DNA of 64,000 nt from Antechinus flavipes (lineage: Eukaryota): NCBI RefSeq assembly GCF_016432865.1, contig NC_067401.1, forward strand, positions 181,784,001 through 181,848,000, given 5' to 3'. Under the pieces are notes generated by a model, which searched no databases, was not told where the DNA came from, and saw nothing but the letters and a program-made list of their open reading frames with translations. The position numbers and the translations under genes are program-made. Within the stretch, counting starts at the first letter, position 1. Each line of letters starts with the position of its first letter. Shown in pieces: positions 37,884-52,100 of this stretch.

Positions 37884-40800
37884 GTGAGTAAGAGGGAAAA
37901 GAGTGTACAGGTAATTCACAGAGGAGACTTAAGAGCAAAACATGATGGTAAAAGAAAGGGAGAAGAAGAGGAGAAATCCTTCACTGTTGAAGAGAAATAT
38001 CTAGTAATTGATAAAAGAAGCAGAAAGAGTAAAAGGGAAAGTGAACCTCGTTTCCTAATGGCCGTACTATTTTATCCAGCTTTTATCTTGCCTACTGAGT
38101 AGATAAAGAAAAAGGGAAACCAAAAATGAGGAAAAGTAGGCAGTGAAGGTTATGTTATTGTTCAGTCATTTCAATTGTGTCTGATGCTTCCTTCGTGACC
38201 CCATTTGGGTTTTGTTTTTTGTTTTTTGGGTTTTTTTTGGCAAAAATACTAGAGTGGTTTCCCATTTCCTTCTCAAAGAAGGTGGGATGGCTCAACTCAT
38301 AAAGTATGAGTATGACTTTTGCAATGAAGCTTGATACAAATACAAAAAATCGATACTCTATCTCTCTGTGTAACCAAATTCTGCAGTCCCATATCCTTTC
38401 TCAAAGAACAGATGTACAACCTAATGCTCAGCAGAAATTTAACTTCATTATAAAGTATTAGTATCTTCTTTACAGAAGTAGAATAATCTATAGTGGTGGA
38501 ATGTTGCATACACTGTTAAATTCTATTGTGGTATTGGTTAGATTTGATGAACTGATTTTACCTCCTTTTTCTTTTGTTATATAGAACAAACCTTGGATGG
38601 GAAACCGGTTATTTTAGAAACAAAAGCTATGAGTTTTATCTGGGGTTTCCTTTGTTTTGATTCCTAGATATATGGAACATTTGTTGTCCAAAATTAGATG
38701 AATTCTGCCAGGTTAACAAACATCCATTTTTTTAAAAATGCTTAACTTCCTGTTCTCCCAGAGAATTTTTGGTTTTGTTTCTTGATCTAGATCTGTGATT
38801 TCATACATAAGGAGGTTCCTCCTCAACCAGAATAGATCAGTGTTTGCTTTACAATCTTGGAGGCTAACTGAGAACTAAGAGGTAAATTGATTTGCCCATA
38901 GCCATTACAAGGCCATCTGTCAGAAGACAGGAGTGAACTTAGACCTTTATGACTCCCAAAATAGCTATTTATACTTTACACTGGAATAATTCCCATACAA
39001 AGAATAAACACACACATAAACAATGGTATCCTTTTCTAAAATATAAATCTAGAGTAAGCAGATCTCAAACTTTTAAATATGCCAATCAAGAAGCAATCCA
39101 GAAGAATTTATACCCAGTTTGATACCATTTCTTTAAGGGTTGATTAAACTGTGGGTTAATCAGTGTACCTGTTAACATGTTCTGTATTCACTATCCTGAG
39201 TAGGGAAGGGAACCAACATTGAAGCATTGTGGTATAGTGGAAAGAGTATTTCCTTTGGAGAAAGATAACAGGGGTTCAAATTATTCCTCTTGTATATAGT
39301 ATTTGTGTTGATGCTGGGCAAATTATTTAACCTACTTGGGCCTCAGTTTCCTAATTGGTAAAATGAAGGATAACTATATGACCTGTCAATTTATAAAGTA
39401 ATCTTTTATCAGCTTCCTCTACTATTGCATTTTTAAGGTCCCAAACTTATGCTTGTGTCTCTTTGATTCTTTAGTATGGATTAGCACAGCATCTGTCACA
39501 TAGTAGACATTTAATAAATGCTTATTGTTTGATTCCCCAGGATTTGTCCTTGACCTTTCTGTACTTTCTTGGTCATTCACTCAATTGCCTCCTCTACACA
39601 GATAGGCTGATTCTCTGTTTCTCTCTTTCTCTCTCTGCAATGGGATTAAATAATTTGCCCAGTCACACAGCTAGTGAGTGTATGAGGTCAGATTTGAACT
39701 TACATCCTGTTAACTTCAGGGTCAATGCTGTATCCACTGCAGCACTCAGTTGTCACCTAACTGCCCTCTAACTGCCTCCCTCAAGTCTCTTTTGAACTCC
39801 AAACCCACATCTTCAAGCACTTATATGATAATTCTATCTTGATATTTCTCTGACATTTCAAATTCAAAATAATCACAAATTAAGTTCATCTGTTGCTTTA
39901 AACTTGCTCCTACTGTTTTCACTGTTTCTCTCTAATACACCACCATTTTTTCAGTCTTCTGTGTTTATAACTTTATCTCTTTTATAAGTTTATCTCTTTA
40001 TTGCTGTCTTTCCTCTTCTTCTATCTAACTAGTTATAAACCTTGTAGATTTCCCCTCTAAAAGATCTCTTAAATTTGTCCCTTCCTCACTAAGTCCCACT
40101 ATCACCATCCTATTACTGATTCTTGTTACCAACTGGCTGGACTATTACAATAGCCATCTTAAGGACTTCCCAGTTCCTTTTTTTTTCCCCTCTCTCATCT
40201 ATCATTCATGTTTTTAATCTTCTGGCTTCTTGCTTACCTCATGCTGCTAGTCTACTCTATGGTAAAAAAAAAAAAAAAAATACTTACTCTCCTTCAACTA
40301 TTTCTAATACTTTTCTACTCATAAGCCTTTGCTCATGGATTAATGAAAATTTATATACTCATTAATATTTATTTATTTGCTAAGTGCTTACTATAAGAAT
40401 AAAAAAAAGTAATTAATTCTTGCTCTTAAAGGACTCACATTCTAGTGGGGGAAACACCTCATATAGGAGATTTCATCTGCAAGTCAAATGAAAATGTTCC
40501 ATGTTCCTTAGGATTCAGTGGAAGGCAGATGGCAATACATTTTTAAGGCCCCAAGCTATCTTCAACAGGTTTGATGTGATGAAACTGCTGGCAGTGGTTT
40601 ATTTCTTGTTATTCCCTCTGCCTGGAATATCTTCCTTTCCACTCTTTCCCTGATGAATTCCTTCTTATCTGTCCTTTAAATCAATTGCCACCTCTTTCAG
40701 TCAGTCAATAATTATATATTAAGCATTTACTATGTAACTGGCACTGTGCTAAACTCTAAATTCAAGAAAAAAGAAACAGTTGCAGCCCTCAAAGAATGTG

Positions 40801-41303
40801 TGTTCTAACAAACATAAAAAGAAGCTTGAAAGGTTGAGGGGAAGAAAGCCAACCAATATAATACAACCTTAAGAAATGGAGACTTGAAAAAAATAAAAAG
40901 AAAAGAAAATTTAAAAAGAAATGGAGACTTGTCTGGCTCCTGTGTATTCCTTAAATAGAAGTCCTGGGAGAAAGTCATCCAATCAGAGGAAGTTGTCAGA
41001 AAGAGAATATTTTAATGTAAATTACAGGGTTGGAGTGAGTGTTCAGGACAAAAAGAATTCTGGGTCATGATAGAGAAGAATTGAGTGAGAAGTCCTAATT
41101 CCAAAATTAATAATGATCTTCCCTTATAGACCTAATGCTGTACTTTGTTTTGTACTTCTCTAAAGCATTTGTGTATTGAAATTTCATTCCTCTACTAGAT
41201 TGTGTCTTATCTATTATAAAATTTTTTAACTTTTCTCAGCACTTAGCACAGATCTCTATCCACAGTTAAAATGGTTTTATTGGCTTCTCTAGAAATTATG
41301 AAT

Positions 41304-41383
41304 ATGGCCCATTTTCCAACTCATTTTGTGCTAAGTGGTCTTGTAGCTGTCTTCTTCCTTCAGCTCCTCACGATGATCTCAGG
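41304..41383 (+). CDS. Signal-peptide exon (apparent +1 frameshift)
   Basis: Acceptor TTCTCTAG at 41292 and donor CAG|GTAGGT. The hydrophobic frame [22 protein letters not shown] is out of frame with ATG 41298/41304 by one base. Confidence 0.8.
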
Positions 41384-43070
41384 TAGGTGTTTCTCTTTTC
41401 CTTTTTTATTTCCAGATTGTTATTTTTTCAGAGTTCTAGACTGATGATAAGGGTATTTTGTTGTTACCATACCAGCTTATGTCTTTTTTTTTGGGGGGGG
41501 GGAGGGTTTAATAACTTTTTATTGACAGAACCCATGCCAGGGTAATTTTTTACATTATCCCTTGCACTCACTTCTATTCCGATTTTTCCCCTCTCTCCCT
41601 CCACCCCTTCCTCCAGATGGCAAGCAGTCCTATACATGTTAAATAGGTTACAGTATATCCTAGATACAATATATGTGTGTAGAACCGAACAGTTCTCTTG
41701 TTGCACATGGAGAATTGGATTCAGAAGATATAAATAACCTGGGAAGAAAAACAAAAATACAAGCAGTTTACATTCATTTCCCAGTGTTCTTTCTTTGAGT
41801 GTAGCTGTTTCTGTCCATCCTTGATCAATTGAAACTGAGTTAGATCTCTTTGTCGAAGAAATCCACTTCCATCAGAATACATCCTCAGACAGTATTGTTG
41901 TTGAGGTATATAATGATCTCCTGATTCTGCTCATTTCACTTAGCATCAGTTCATGTAAGTCTCGCCAATCCTCTCTGTATTCATCTTGCTGGTCATTTCT
42001 TACAGAACAATAATATTCCATAACATTCATATACCACAATTTACTCAACCATTCTCCATTTGATGGGCATCCATTCATTTTCCAACTTCTAGCCACTACA
42101 AACAGGGTTGCCACAAACATTTTGGCACATACAGGCCCCTTTCCCTTCTTTAGTATCTCTTTGGGGTATAAGCGCAATAGAAACACTGTTGGATCAAAGA
42201 GTATGCACAGTTTGATAACTTTTTGAGCATAGTTCCAAATTGTCTCCAGAATGGCTGGATGTGTTCACAATTCCACCAACAATGTATCAGTGTCCCTGTT
42301 TTCCCACATCCCCTCCAACACTGGTGTTTCTCTTTTCCAACATGAAGACTTCTTAGAAGGGAAAACTAATTTCCTATCTATACTTTTCTACACAAGAGAG
42401 GTAATTGCCACCCTCATTTCAGGAAGTCCCTGAAGATGGAAGAATACTTTGGGAATGAATTTTTCCTTCCCTTGAAATGTTAAATCTCCATGCACCACCC
42501 AATCCTAACACTAGTTTCCTCTCACCAGCTTCTCTATAATTCTCTCTCTTTGTTGAACAGCTCATTTTACTGTGATTGCACATGCTGAGCCTCTTCTGGT
42601 AATGGTAGGGGAAGATGCCATGTTACATTGTCACCTCTTTCCCAAGAAAAGTGCTGAGCAAATGGAAGTGAGGTGGTTCCGTTCTCATTTCTCTCCAGCT
42701 GTTTATGTATATAAATATGGGAAAGAAAGAGATGAAGAACAAATGGAAGAATATCGAGGCAGAACAACATTTGTGAGAGATGATATCAAAGCTGGAAATG
42801 TTGCTCTGAAAATACACAATGTCACAGTTTTTGAAAATGGAAGGTATCACTGCTATTTCCAAGAAAGCAGATCATATGAAGAGGCCTTTATAGACTTGAA
42901 AGTGGCAAGTGAGTTATTTGGTTTTGCTCTCTGATCTTCCTCAATATAACCCTGGGGACCCAGATTCAGAAGTTAGGTTAGCAAGCTTGATTTGGTTCAG
43001 ATGACAGAATCAAGGACATTTATACTTGACTGCTTATGGGATCCTATGAATTCTTCATGATTCTGCATTC

Positions 43071-43117
<47 letters not shown>

Positions 43118-46100
43118 ATAAAGGTATTCCTTTTAACTAACATATCTTGATAATTTGAACACTTTCATGGGAGCCACGAGCTCTTTTACCTACATCTATG
43201 GAAATCTACATATAAGCTATATTCCAACATTCTTGGTGGTATCCAGGGAGATTTTGGCTAAGGGCAAAATAAACCAAATTCTGAGGCTCAAAGAAGAAAT
43301 CTTGTTAGGGGTTAGAGAGGAAAGGAGGTTACAAGCCAAAGAGGCTTGTAAGAGGCCCTTATCCATGTGAATTCAAGCCTGAGAGTTCTGAACCAAACTT
43401 TATAGATAAGTTACACCAATTGCTTATTCTTATCCATGTAACCTGTCACTCTATTACTTAAGAATGTAAAAATTAGTCTGATTAAATCACCCTTTCAGGT
43501 GATTTTAAACTATTTATTGAGAAACACATTCAAGTATGTCCCCACTTTGTAATTGAATAGAAATTTAAAATTGGGAGGAGTATGACATTTCTAAGATTAG
43601 CTTTTTTTCTTCTTTTGATTCACATGGACATATGAACACATTTTCCAATCCTCAGAAATTCTTGTCCTCGATGCTTTCTCAAAACTAATGATTAAGTAAT
43701 CTATAATATATTTATAATCTATATCAATGCTTTGAACCCATAAGCAAATTCTAGCCAATTTCAATACATATAGTTCTTTTCCAACTTGAATTTCTATTTC
43801 TATCCTCTCATCACAATTGGGTCTTCCTATAGACAACACTAAAAGTTAAGATATTTTCTGAAAAGGTTAAAAGTGATGACATTAAAAGTTTCTGCATTTT
43901 CACTGCTTTCTCTCTCATTTGGTTAATTTTTCCTGATAATTTAGGAAATGTGGCTAAGCAGAGAAATTTTCTCTAGATCTCTTTGTTTAAAAAATGCAAA
44001 GACAGAAGTTTAGTTATTTCTTTTGTTGTTTTCTTTTCTAGTTTCTGCATTCTTTTCTTGTTCTTATACAGCCAGATTTCTCTAGTAATAAGGATTGATT
44101 TTCACTTTTCATTGCTTTCTTTTTCATTCTGCAACTTCATAGAAAGCTCCAGGCTTAGCTGACTTGAACTTCTATGATATATCCTCTTCCTGTACATCAA
44201 TATACTTTGAGCATGTAGAACTTTCTTTAAACCAATAGCTATCTATCTAGAGTAACATTCATTTTCTACTATTGCCTCACTACTTTAAAGTTCAATTGTT
44301 TTGTCAGCATAGGTGCTTTCTCCATTAACATAAACTGCATCCTCTATATGCCTTAGTTGTGATTTTGTTTTGAGGGTTTTTTGAGCTGAAAATTTTACCC
44401 TTCAACATACCTAATAATGAGGCTATCAACATCAAACTTGGTGAGGCTAGTCATCAAATGCCACATAGTCAGTTCTAAATCTATGATTCTATGAAACTTA
44501 ACATGGCATTGATGAGGTGTAAATGATGAAGTTAATGGTAGTGAGGAGGTGCGAGAATTGGGGTAAGGAATTCCCTCTGGTCAGCACAGGTTCAATGCAG
44601 AAAAAATTCACAAACCCAAAATCTGTATGGCAAAAGGGATTTATTGTTCACTAAGAAGGAAGCTTTCTTAGTGGGTAAAACTCCTCATTAGGAATTTGGC
44701 AATGAGAAATCAGCTTTGCTAGGAAAACAGATTTCTTAGTTGGCAAGGTACTGTCAGGAAGGCAATAAAGGTTAACAATGAGAAGAAAATACCCCCACAG
44801 TGGGTAAAAGCCCTGGCAGGCAGCCTTGCCAAGAAGAGAGCTTCCTTGGCAAAGCAAATTCCTTTTGTGGACTTCTGCACAGATTCGGGTTCAGAGTTGT
44901 CTTTTATTATCAGTCTAAGGCTTGGGCTTCAATTCAAAATTGAATGAGATTCCTTCAATGTTGTTAATGCCCGGGCTTAGATCTCTAATAGAAAAGAGAT
45001 CACTTATCTTAGGAGTTAAGCTACTGGAAGTGGTCCCAAACTAATCTTCAACTCAGTACTACTGGTTCTCAAATTTTTGTTTTCAGTATCTTTATCCTAT
45101 TAAAAATTTTTGAGTATCCCTCCAAACGTTTTTGTTTATCTGGATTATATTTATAGACATTTACCATATTGGAAATAAAAACTATTTTTGAATTTGTAGA
45201 CCCTCTAAAAGGGTTTCAGAGATCCCCAGGATTCTCTAAACCATACTTTGAGAACCACTGCATAGAGGCTGCAACCATATCTCTGGCCAGACCTCCAACT
45301 GAATCTCCAACTTAACTTGGGGAGAAGTGTGTTGTCTGGGAAAAGTATGCTTTTCTCAGAGTCCGGGAGTTCCCCAGAAGGGGATCCAGGACCCCCAAAA
45401 GATCTGTTTACTTCAGTATTTCATGAATCATACAAAAATCCCCAGAAATATAATAAGGGAAAGATCATGTAAATATATTTACAGTATCAGAAAAAAATAC
45501 TAATAATGTACACTGTGATTTAGATTTGTCAGCCAGAAACAATTTTATTAAAAATATATTTAACTCTATTTAATTTCTAGCTCTCTCTTGGAGAGAAAGA
45601 TTTTCAAACTGGCATAGTACCATTATGCCTTCCAACATAACTCTCTTCCACAAGAAAATTTCAGGTAATATTTATAGAAATCTTGAATAATGAAAAGATC
45701 ATAATATGTTAAAATGCATTTTAGAGTTAATATTCCAGAATAATCATCATTCTATTCCTTCTTGGACTACTTTCCTCTAAAAGTTTCTTGCTATGATCAG
45801 TATCTTAATCTTGAATTTAAAAAGAGGACAGATATTATCTTTGCCAGTTTTGGATCCAATTACTTCATGGAAAGGGTAGCAGTCATATAATCCAATTACA
45901 TTTGTTTATTATACTTTACTACAGATGAAAACCTTAGCCTTGGTTCTTCATACTTATGAGTTTCAGACTAGAGAAATAGTATTTTTTACTAAACTAAAAA
46001 AAAAAGGAAAAGTGAGTTATTTTGTTTCATTTTGTTTAATTCCATAAATTTAAGTTGTTGGCTCTTACTGCAGGATGCCAATAGGGATGAACACCCAGGC

Positions 46101-49100
46101 ATATCATTACCAAAATTCAAAACTGTAGTGACAGATGATTTTTTTATTATAGTTTTTTATTTACAAGATATATGCATGGGTAATTTTTGAGCATCGACAC
46201 TTGCAAAATCTTCTGTTCCAACTTTTCCCCTCCTTCCCCCCGACCTCCTCCCCTAGATGGCAGGTAGACCAATATATGTTAAATATGTTAAAGTATATGT
46301 TAAATACAATATATGTATATATACCCATGCAGTTAATTTGCTGCACAAGAAAAATCGGACTTAGAAATAAGGTAAAAATAACCTGAGAAGGAAATCAAAA
46401 ATGCAAGTGGATAAAAACAGAAGGAGTGGAAATGCTATGTTGTGGTTCATACTCCTTTCCCATAGATCTTTCACTGGGTGTAGCTTGTTCTCTTCATTAT
46501 TGAACAAATGGAACTGATTTGGTTCATCTCATTTTTGAAAAGAGCCACATCCATCAGAATTGATCTTCGTATAGTATTGTTGTTAAATTATATAATCATC
46601 ACCTGATTCTGCTCATTTCACTCAGCAGCAGTTCATGTAAATCTCTTCAAACCTTTCTNNNNNNNNNNNNNNNNNNNNNNNNNNNNNNNNNNNNNNNNNN
46701 NNNNNNNNNNNNNNNNNNNNNNNNNNNNNNNNNNNNNNNNNNNNNNNNNNNNNNNNNNNNNNNNNNNNNNNNNNNNNNNNNNNNNNNNNNNNNNNNNNNN
46801 NNNNNNNNNNNNNNGTTATATGCATGGGTAATTTTACAGCATTGACAATTGCCAAACCTTTTGTTCCAATTTTTCCCCTCCTTCCCCCCACCCGCTCCCC
46901 TAGATGGCAGGATGACCAATACATGTTAAATATGTTAAAGTATAAATTAAATACAAAATAAGTATACATGTCCAAACCATTATTTTGCTGTACAAAAAGA
47001 ACCGGACTCTGAAATAGTATACAATTAGCCTGGAAAGGAAATAAAAAATGCAGATGGGCAAAAATATAGGTTTTGGGAATTCTATGTAATGCTTCTTAGT
47101 CATCTCCTAGAGTTCTTTTGCTGGGTATAGCTGGTTCAGTTCAATAATGTTCCTGCTGGTCATTTCTTACAGAACAATAATATTCCATAACATTCATATA
47201 CCACAACTTATTCAGCCATTCTCCAATTGATGGGCATCCATTCAATTTCCAGTTTCTAGCCACTACAAAAAGGATTACCACAAACATTTTTGCACATATA
47301 GGTCCCATTCCCTTCTTTAAGATTTTTGGGATTTAAGTCCAGTAGTAACACTGCTGGATCAAAGGATATTCACAGTTTGATAACTTTTTGAGCATAGTTC
47401 CAAATTGCTCTCCAAAATGGCTGGATGCAGTCATAATTCCACCAACAATGTATCAGTCTCCCAGTTTTCCCACATCTCCTCTAACATTCAACATTATCTT
47501 TTCCTGTCATCCTAGCCAATCTGAGAGGTGTGTAGTGGTATCTCAGAGATGTTTTAATTTGCATTTCTCACAACAGATGATTTTTAAGAAGCTAAAATGA
47601 AAATAAAACAGCATATCAAAAGCTACCAAATTAAGGGAAACTGAGCTTCCATTACTCCACAAGCTTTCTCCATGATAATTCAAATATCAATATTTATGTC
47701 AAGATCAATGAGTAATTGCCAGCACTGAATTTAAAGTTGTGTTACTTTTGCTTATATGGATAAAAAGCTTCACTTCAAACCTGAGTTTAGTGCTCTGAAA
47801 TCTTCAAATTTAAGGTTTGTATCTGAAGATTTGATAGCACTAAGCTCAGTCTTTGCTGTGTGACAGGTGACAGGCCATCCATGACTATCTATGGATATTT
47901 TTTTTCAAATTCAGAATTGATCTTTAAGACAACTTGGCCTTGGCACATGTTCAAGAATTTCAGTGGCTTTGAACATAGATGGCTACCTGTCTTTTGTCTA
48001 GAATGCTGGAGGAGGGGAAAAAGGAAAACTTTTAGAGGGCTGATGCTCATAAGTAACTTAAAAATTATATATAATCAGTAGCATTAAGAAGTGATGATTA
48101 TCTAAAGTTGGACAGCATACTTAGCTTAGTTAAATAGTAAGGACTTCAAATGACTGACTTAAGAAACTGTTATCTTAGAGTAGAGTTGGGAGAACAGAAT
48201 GAGGGGAGAGGGTTCAAAGCCTTTTGCAATTAATATAAGAAAAGGAAGTTTGTTGTACTTTTAACATGTGGATCTGTGAGGCTATAAGTAGCAGTGCTTC
48301 AGAGAGAACAATTCTTGATGTACAAGCAAAAGAGGATTACAATAAACCAGTTAATACAAAAGTTTCTTCTAGTTAGGAAGTGAATTCCCCTAAAAGGAAA
48401 CTGTCATTTTAAGTACTTGTAATTTTAAGTATGTCTTTAGTAGCAGTAATGACATTAATAATAATAATGTAATTTTCAGTTCAGTAATCTGAACAACAAT
48501 AGTAATTTGATCTATCATATAGCCTCAGTTTACCAAAGAAATTCATTAATTTGTAGCATCCTAAATTGTAAGATAAGCTATAAAAATGAAAATAAAGGCA
48601 CTGAATATTGGGGAGAGGGGCAAGTAAAACAAGTTTTCTTTTCTTTCTTCATTTATTTAATTATTCTTTTTCTGAAAATTAAATCTTATTTGTTTCAGAC
48701 TTCTAGTCTCCTCTTTTTCCTCTTCTGTTTTTGAGATAGTTATTAAGGATACAGATTCCCACCTTGTGACCTAACTATCCACATCTCTGAAAATCGTTCA
48801 GGTTTTTCATCTGTAAAATGGCAATAATAATAATAATATCACACAAAGTTGTGATAAGGATCTGGAGAGATAAGGTGTGTGGAGTTCAATATACATTAAA
48901 ATTATTGGTTTTTTTTATTACATTGTAAAATTTAATTTTCGAACCTATTTGCTATAATTTTGAATGGTTTATATTCATTCAAAAACTAGAATGTGACATG
49001 AAAAGTCACCAACATACCACAACTTTTGTAAGCTCTATACTAGAGCTTGTAAAAATATAAAAGTGTAAGTTATTATTCTTGATTCAAATTCCTAGCTTTA

Positions 49101-52100
49101 AGGGCACTGTTCCCTTTAATCAGCTCTGACACAATTGACTACAGTAAGTGGAGTAAGCAGTCTTGGATATTCTTATTCAAGGATGACCATTTTTTTTTCT
49201 TCCCCAGGTATGGGCTCAGATCCCTTCATTAAAATTATAGGTTATGAATATGGATGGATACGACTAGAATGTACATCATCTGGATGGTACCCACAACCTT
49301 GGGTAGAGTGGAGAAATCTTACAGAAGATACAATTCCATCCCTAGAGAAACATCTGGTTCCCAGTGAAGATGGGATGTTTGTGGTGAATTTATCTGTGGT
49401 TATCACAGATCACACAATAGTTAAGGTGTTCTGTTCCATTAAAAACCCCCTTCTCAGCCAAGAGTTGTTGACAATGATGTCTATTCCAGGTCAGTTCTCA
49501 GTTTTAGATTCTCCTTGCTGAGTCATGGTCATTATAGCCATAGGGGAACAATGAAAGAAGTATCTATAGGAAAAGACCTAGTGCCTATAGGCTATGGGAC
49601 TAAACCATTTGTTTCTAAATTTTTTTGATAAGTAAAATGCCTGATTATGAAGTGATTAGGAGTCAGGATGGGAGGGTTAATAGGAGATAAATTCCCCAGT
49701 TCTCAGCTATTGCTTTTGGTGTTTGGCTGGCAGTAAATGAGTCATAACTGCCCTGAGAATCCTCAGGAGATAAAAGTTGGGAATTTGCACATTGTAGAAA
49801 GAAATAGAATGGGGAGGTATTGTATAATAGATGAAGGATAGCTGCAGTTATACTGGAGATAGTATCCACTGTTGACTATCACAATATATAGACCCATCCT
49901 CCCACTCTCTTATTATATGTCAACTGATCATACACTCCTTGTGGTCATAGTATATCCCCTTCTTTGAGGACTACTGACTTAGAAGAGAGATCATGGATTT
50001 AAAGATGCTCTTCTTTATTGCTTGATGCCTGACAGCCTCCAGTAGAGAAGAGATATTAACATCCTCTTCCCACCCCACCACCTTAGCCAAATAGGAGTTT
50101 TCACAGTGACACTTGTTGATAAATGATTCTCCTGAACAGCCACTATTATGTGACCAATTCTTGAAAAACAGGAAGGGCAAACAATTTGAATAGCAAATTC
50201 AAATCTGCTCTTGGAAGATATTTGCCAATGCACTTGTAATTAGTGTCCTGTGGTGCATTAGTGTCATTTCCAGGGTGAAGCACTTACTCTGTATGAGACA
50301 TTTTCCAAGAAATATGGCATGGAAGTTCTCCACTTTGCAGATACTAATACAAATAATTATTTGCTAAAACAAGAATTAGATTTTTAAAGCAATTTGACAC
50401 ACCAAGGGAGAGGGATATAGTAAAGCAGCACTTCTCTAGGTTTCATTTAGACTCTATTTTGGAACAAAAAGAAAAATCCAAATTTGGAAACAGGGAAAGC
50501 AGAAAAAAGAGGAAAAACTCAATCACAGAAATTGGCCTTCTTTGAGAAGGATCACAGTCTGAAAGGATCTCCTTTCTTTATAGATTTAGCAAAGAGATCC
50601 TGGCATGTGTTGGCTGGCTTAACTCTCTCTTCTTTATGTCTTTTGCCATAGAAACTGTTCGGGTCTCTACTTCTATGCCCTCTGAAAGCCCCTCTGAGCT
50701 CCCAGATCCAACAACTCCTGGACCTGAAAAGGTTTCTACCTGTATGGTTGCTCTTGTGGTCTTGCTTGCTATTGGAGTTTTTATTGCTTGTAGTATTTAC
50801 TTGTATTTCATATGGAATCAACACAGGAGGAAAAAGACACTATTTATAGAAAAAGAAATTGAATGTGAAGAAAAAGAGAAAGGATATGATGAAAGGGAGC
50901 AAGAACATATGGGAAAAGAGGGATCGAGCAACCTGAGAGGTAAAAAAAGAAAAGAAAAGAAAAAAGCAAAGATGACACTTTAGGAACAAAAAGAATCTCA
51001 ACTTTTGATATGGGGTTCTGTAGAGAGATAAAGAGGGAATCAGAAAAGATCAAAATCCTTTATCATAAATTTCCTAAAACTCCATCCCTTACACTTTTAA
51101 ACTTTCCTTTTAGTGAATAAATATAGAAATGTCATGTAAAGTTTAAGTATTCGAGTAATTGAAAATGCTAATACCAATTTAGATGATGCTTCATTGTTCT
51201 TGGTTCCTTGGCAGTGATCAGTTCAGTTCAGCATTTTCCTTATTATTTCATTACTTTCATAGACAATTTCCATGCTTCTCATATAATCATTAAATAAAGA
51301 ATTCTCATTATTTTGTTTGCCCATTGCAGGATGGAGAAGGACTCAGTTACATGCTGGTGAGTGACACTTCTTTCTTCTGTAAGTTTAAGATCTCTCCTTT
51401 CTCATCCTCATGATACCTCCATTTCCAGGGGGGGGTAGGGGGATGGGGGGGTGGGAGGTGGGGAAAGAGCAGAGAAAAAAAAGTCAACTAGAGGGCAAAC
51501 TAAATACAATGCCTAAGTAAAAAAGTAAAAAATGAAGGTCTTTTTCTATAAGATTAAAACTACCATAGAATGATTTGGAGGAATCCTTGAGCTTCATATA
51601 TCAGTTTTCCAGTAATTTCACTTTCTTCTATGTTATTTTAAAATGTAATGGCTGGGGGAATTGGAGGAAAGAAAATATTTCAAAGCACTGAACCCAATTA
51701 TCTTCCACATTTTGATTTACAAAATCATTACTTTTACCCTCCAGAACTGTTCTCTGGGTAATACTTTTCATCCCCTACCATAGCCTCTGAAATGGAAAAT
51801 GTGTTAAAGGTTATCCAATTCAATTGATACCAGAAAGGAATCCCCTCTCTGACACATCTAATAAAATAACCATCCATGTTCTAGTAGAATACCTACAATG
51901 ACAAAAATTCTAATTTCTTTCCAAGCAACATGCTATATTTGGATAGCATTCATTATTACTGTTTTCCTTATATCAAGCTTAAATTGCCTCCTCATATATC
52001 CATTCCCTGGCTCACTTCCTTATGCCTGTAGCTATACTCTTAAGATTGCATTAACAGGGCAGCTAGATGGCACAGTAAATAGAGACTGGCAGAGAAGTCA

